Shown here in pieces: positions 61,100-63,944 of a stretch of DNA of 63,944 nt (position 1 is its first letter; each line of letters begins with the position of its first letter). Source of the DNA: Acanthaster planci (lineage: Eukaryota); the NCBI RefSeq assembly GCF_001949145.1, contig NW_019091357.1, positions 810,671 through 874,614 of the forward strand. The letters run 5' to 3'. The notes beneath the pieces were generated by a model. The model ran no database searches and was not told where the DNA came from. It worked only from the letters and a program-made list of their open reading frames with translations. Made by a program: the position numbers and the translations under genes.

Positions 61100-61220
61100 T
61101 TCAGAAGTGCGATCTGAACCTAAAGCCTCCAAATGGAGACTCCAGCCTGAGAATACAGGGATTCACAATCAGCGAAGGAGTTACTTGAGTCTGCGCCTTA
61201 GACCGCTCGGCCATTCTGAC
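61100..61220 (-). pseudogene. Degenerate intron-containing tRNA-Leu(CAA)
   Basis: Minus strand reads GTCAGAATGGCCGAGCGGTCTAAGGCGCAGACTCAAG-[~40 nt insert]-GTCTCCATTTGGAGGCTTTAGGTTCAGATCGCACTTCTGAA. It has the Leu D-arm, a CAA anticodon and a long variable arm, but the anticodon stem, T-arm and terminal acceptor pair are damaged. Confidence 0.75.
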
Positions 61221-63944
61221 GCGATGGTTCGCGAGACAATTACGCAAAACTTCTGAATTGCTCGCAGAATGCATGTCACTGCATTTTTCTGTACCCTCAG
61301 AACCAGTGAAATGTTGACAGAAGGAGACCTAGCTAGACGTAGAATCTTCAACTGAGAGTGCTGAGTGAAACCTTTTTCTTTCTGAATCAGCCCATATATG
61401 TTCTTTTGGGTGTCATCAAAGAGACCATTTCATATGATTTTTTGGCATTTAAACGCTCGACGCACAGCACGTTCGGCTGGTGCCTGGTTACTGGCTTCCA
61501 AGTTAGCTGATTTATTTACCAACCTCTGACCTTTGGTCAATACTCCATCATGTCAACGCGCTGCTTGCATGGAATACGGCTAATCCTTTTTATCAATGTT
61601 TACAAGGCTATGCGTCGCGTATTTAATAAGTTTTACACACTGGGAAAATTGCAGGCAATTGTAAAATTTTCTGCTCTGTAAAAGTTAAGCGGGAAATAAG
61701 TTCAGTGCTCCTGACAACAATCACCTGTATAGTGCAAAGTTAGATTAATGACTCTGAATTCTACGTGGTTCAGTGGTTTGACTGACCCAAAATCCCACAG
61801 AAAACGTTCCACTCGATATTCCGAAAAGGCATAAATGCGCCCATCACAAAAATTGGGCAGGCTTAAAACGGGGCATGGACTAGCTGAGCGCTCAATCACA
61901 ATATGTACATGTAGTAATAAGAGAGATTGACGGTCATTAAGTTGATTAATGTTGGAGAATTAACAGACTCCAAGTTCCACCTTCGTACTAGTGGATGATG
62001 GAGAAAAACAATGTTAGTCCAAAGTCACTGTCGCAGGGTCACCCCTGAGAACGAATCAAGTAATGCACATGCATCGAATGGGAGTTAGGAGGAAATATTC
62101 GAAGGCCAAACAGACAACCCTTTTACTAAAACATGAAGTCGTTGCGCACGAAGAACATGCTCCCTGTGGGTAGGCAGTCACCCGTGACTCCCTAGCTGAC
62201 AACAATCTACGTTAAGAGAGTGACGGGTGAATTTTGCATACTGTCTCCAGTGTACTGGTGATTTAATTAGACTTCGAGGAGGGTGAAATGAGAACCACGA
62301 GGATCAGATCGACATCTTGGGGAAGAAACGGTGCGGTTCCGGCGAGCCTCCGGAATGATGCTTTTTGGCCCCTGGGTCGGGAAACGATCGCGGCATCGAG
62401 TGTAAATGGCGTGGCCGTTCTTTATCGTAACCCAGGTATACGTGTGCTCATGCATTTACGCAGATTTCTTTACACCTCTCGTTGGCTTACTTGATAGTAG
62501 CGAACTCGGCACGATTTCTCCTACCGCACTGTACGGTGAAGGATTGTCTGCTAGTACAAGATACCTTATTAAGTTTTGAGACTATAAGTTGAGAAATCAA
62601 AGGCAAGTTGTGAGATTGATCCCATGCTGTTGCACCAATTCGTGCAGGTTTGTTGGAATTCGGCGAAAGTTTGCTACTTGTTGTTTTTCGTTCTTCCATT
62701 TGGTTTTTCGAAATTTCGTGACATCGTTGAGCAACAAACAAAAAACATCGAACTCCAATTAAAGCCCGACAACCCAAGTCTGTACTGAAATTGCTGTATT
62801 TAGAAAATGGTAGGGAGTGTGTCTCATGGTCAGCTTTTTAGTGGAATCACTAAAGGGGAGTACAAGTACCAATACTATACTGTCCACTGAGCGTACAAAA
62901 AAACCTGTGAGTATGCGTCCATAGTGAGCAGGACAATGCCAAACATTGAGACCTCATTGCCAAAAATCGTTCAACTGAAATGCCTGGGCATTTTACCAGG
63001 AATGGCAGTCTCATTATACGGTAGCTAACGACAATGCACCCGATCGCGCGGCTGTGACCTCTGTTCTTTACCCAAGTTGGCTCCAACATTCTAACTTGGA
63101 CGAAAAGCAGTGTGTGCCAGGTTGAATGAATGGCATCTGTGACCTGTCTTGAAAACTCCTGCGCGTAGGCCTACCAGCAGCATTCTGGAGTTGATGATTA
63201 TTAAAGACCTCAACTACAGAGGTACAGAGATAACTTTAAGTATCGCGAAGACGACACGTAAGTGAAAGGTCTAGAGTCTCGAGTCACAGCCCAATGGAAC
63301 TTATTAAGATGGCGCAAAACCCTTGTCTTGAAAGAGTGAGAACACTGTACCAACTCGCTGTATGACGTTGCAACATCGACGACCAAACACTTAGCTACTG
63401 ACCTAATCATGACCTGATACCCTCAGGGGTATAGGCTCGATACAATGCAGGACCAAATACAAACGGGAAAGAAGAGCCATGACCAGGCATAATTGTTCCA
63501 TTGTGTTGCTATATTTTACAGTCATTTGCAAGAATTTAAGGCCACCTGGAATTTTGTTGGTATTTCTGTCGCTAGGCCTGCATTACATTGTCTCATTGAC
63601 TGATTACTTAACATGATTTTTACAGTGGTCCATAACATCAGTGTAGTGCTACATACCCATTTAAATGGAATTTTTTGCAAAGGCAGGTCTAATATGACAC
63701 GTTGTCTGTAAGGCAGCATTGGTAAAAAAAAAAGGCCAGCCTGAGTAATCAGAAATAAAGTCAGGGCACAATAAATATTACTGTTAACATTTCAAATCAT
63801 GGAAATGTACCTTAGTCTAATAGCTGTTTAACCAAGATACTAAGGTTACACATTGAAAATAAATTTGACTGATTGGTTTATGTTTGCTTTTCTTCAGTTA
63901 AAAGCATTTTTGTATGGGTGGTCCTAAACTTTTTCAAATGACTG

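Noticed and set aside
59349..63719. Short ORFs in the last 4.5 kb
   Set aside because: No recognisable motifs and no consistent chain of splice-compatible exons were found.

Overview
This is intron-rich eukaryotic (metazoan, probably invertebrate) genomic DNA with three N-gaps. All recognisable protein genes are on the + strand. (1) The 3' ten coding exons of a MAK/ICK (CILK1)-family TDY kinase (2750-8863). (2) A Rab10 gene (12504-37653). Its ~22 kb first intron holds four more, diverged but intact copies of coding exon 1 (18381-18531, 22103-22229, 28097-28358, 32716-32866). Each copy encodes the N-terminus, P-loop and switch I, and ends at the same phase-1 donor (I-G|gt). Only one set of downstream exons exists (34751-37653). 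This looks like a variable-exon/constant-region locus, analogous to protocadherin or UGT1A loci, that could make five Rab isoforms with different P-loop/switch I halves on one Rab10 body. It is the main candidate for an undescribed system and is inferred from sequence alone, without transcript evidence. (3) A divergent Rab paralog (47349-52474) with a ~230-aa N-terminal extension and the same intron positions as Rab10. The rest is non-coding: an inverted pair of tRNA-derived SINEs, several MITE families, two minisatellites, a degenerate intron-containing tRNA-Leu(CAA), and a decayed ~1.7 kb duplication. All exon boundaries and translations were derived by hand.
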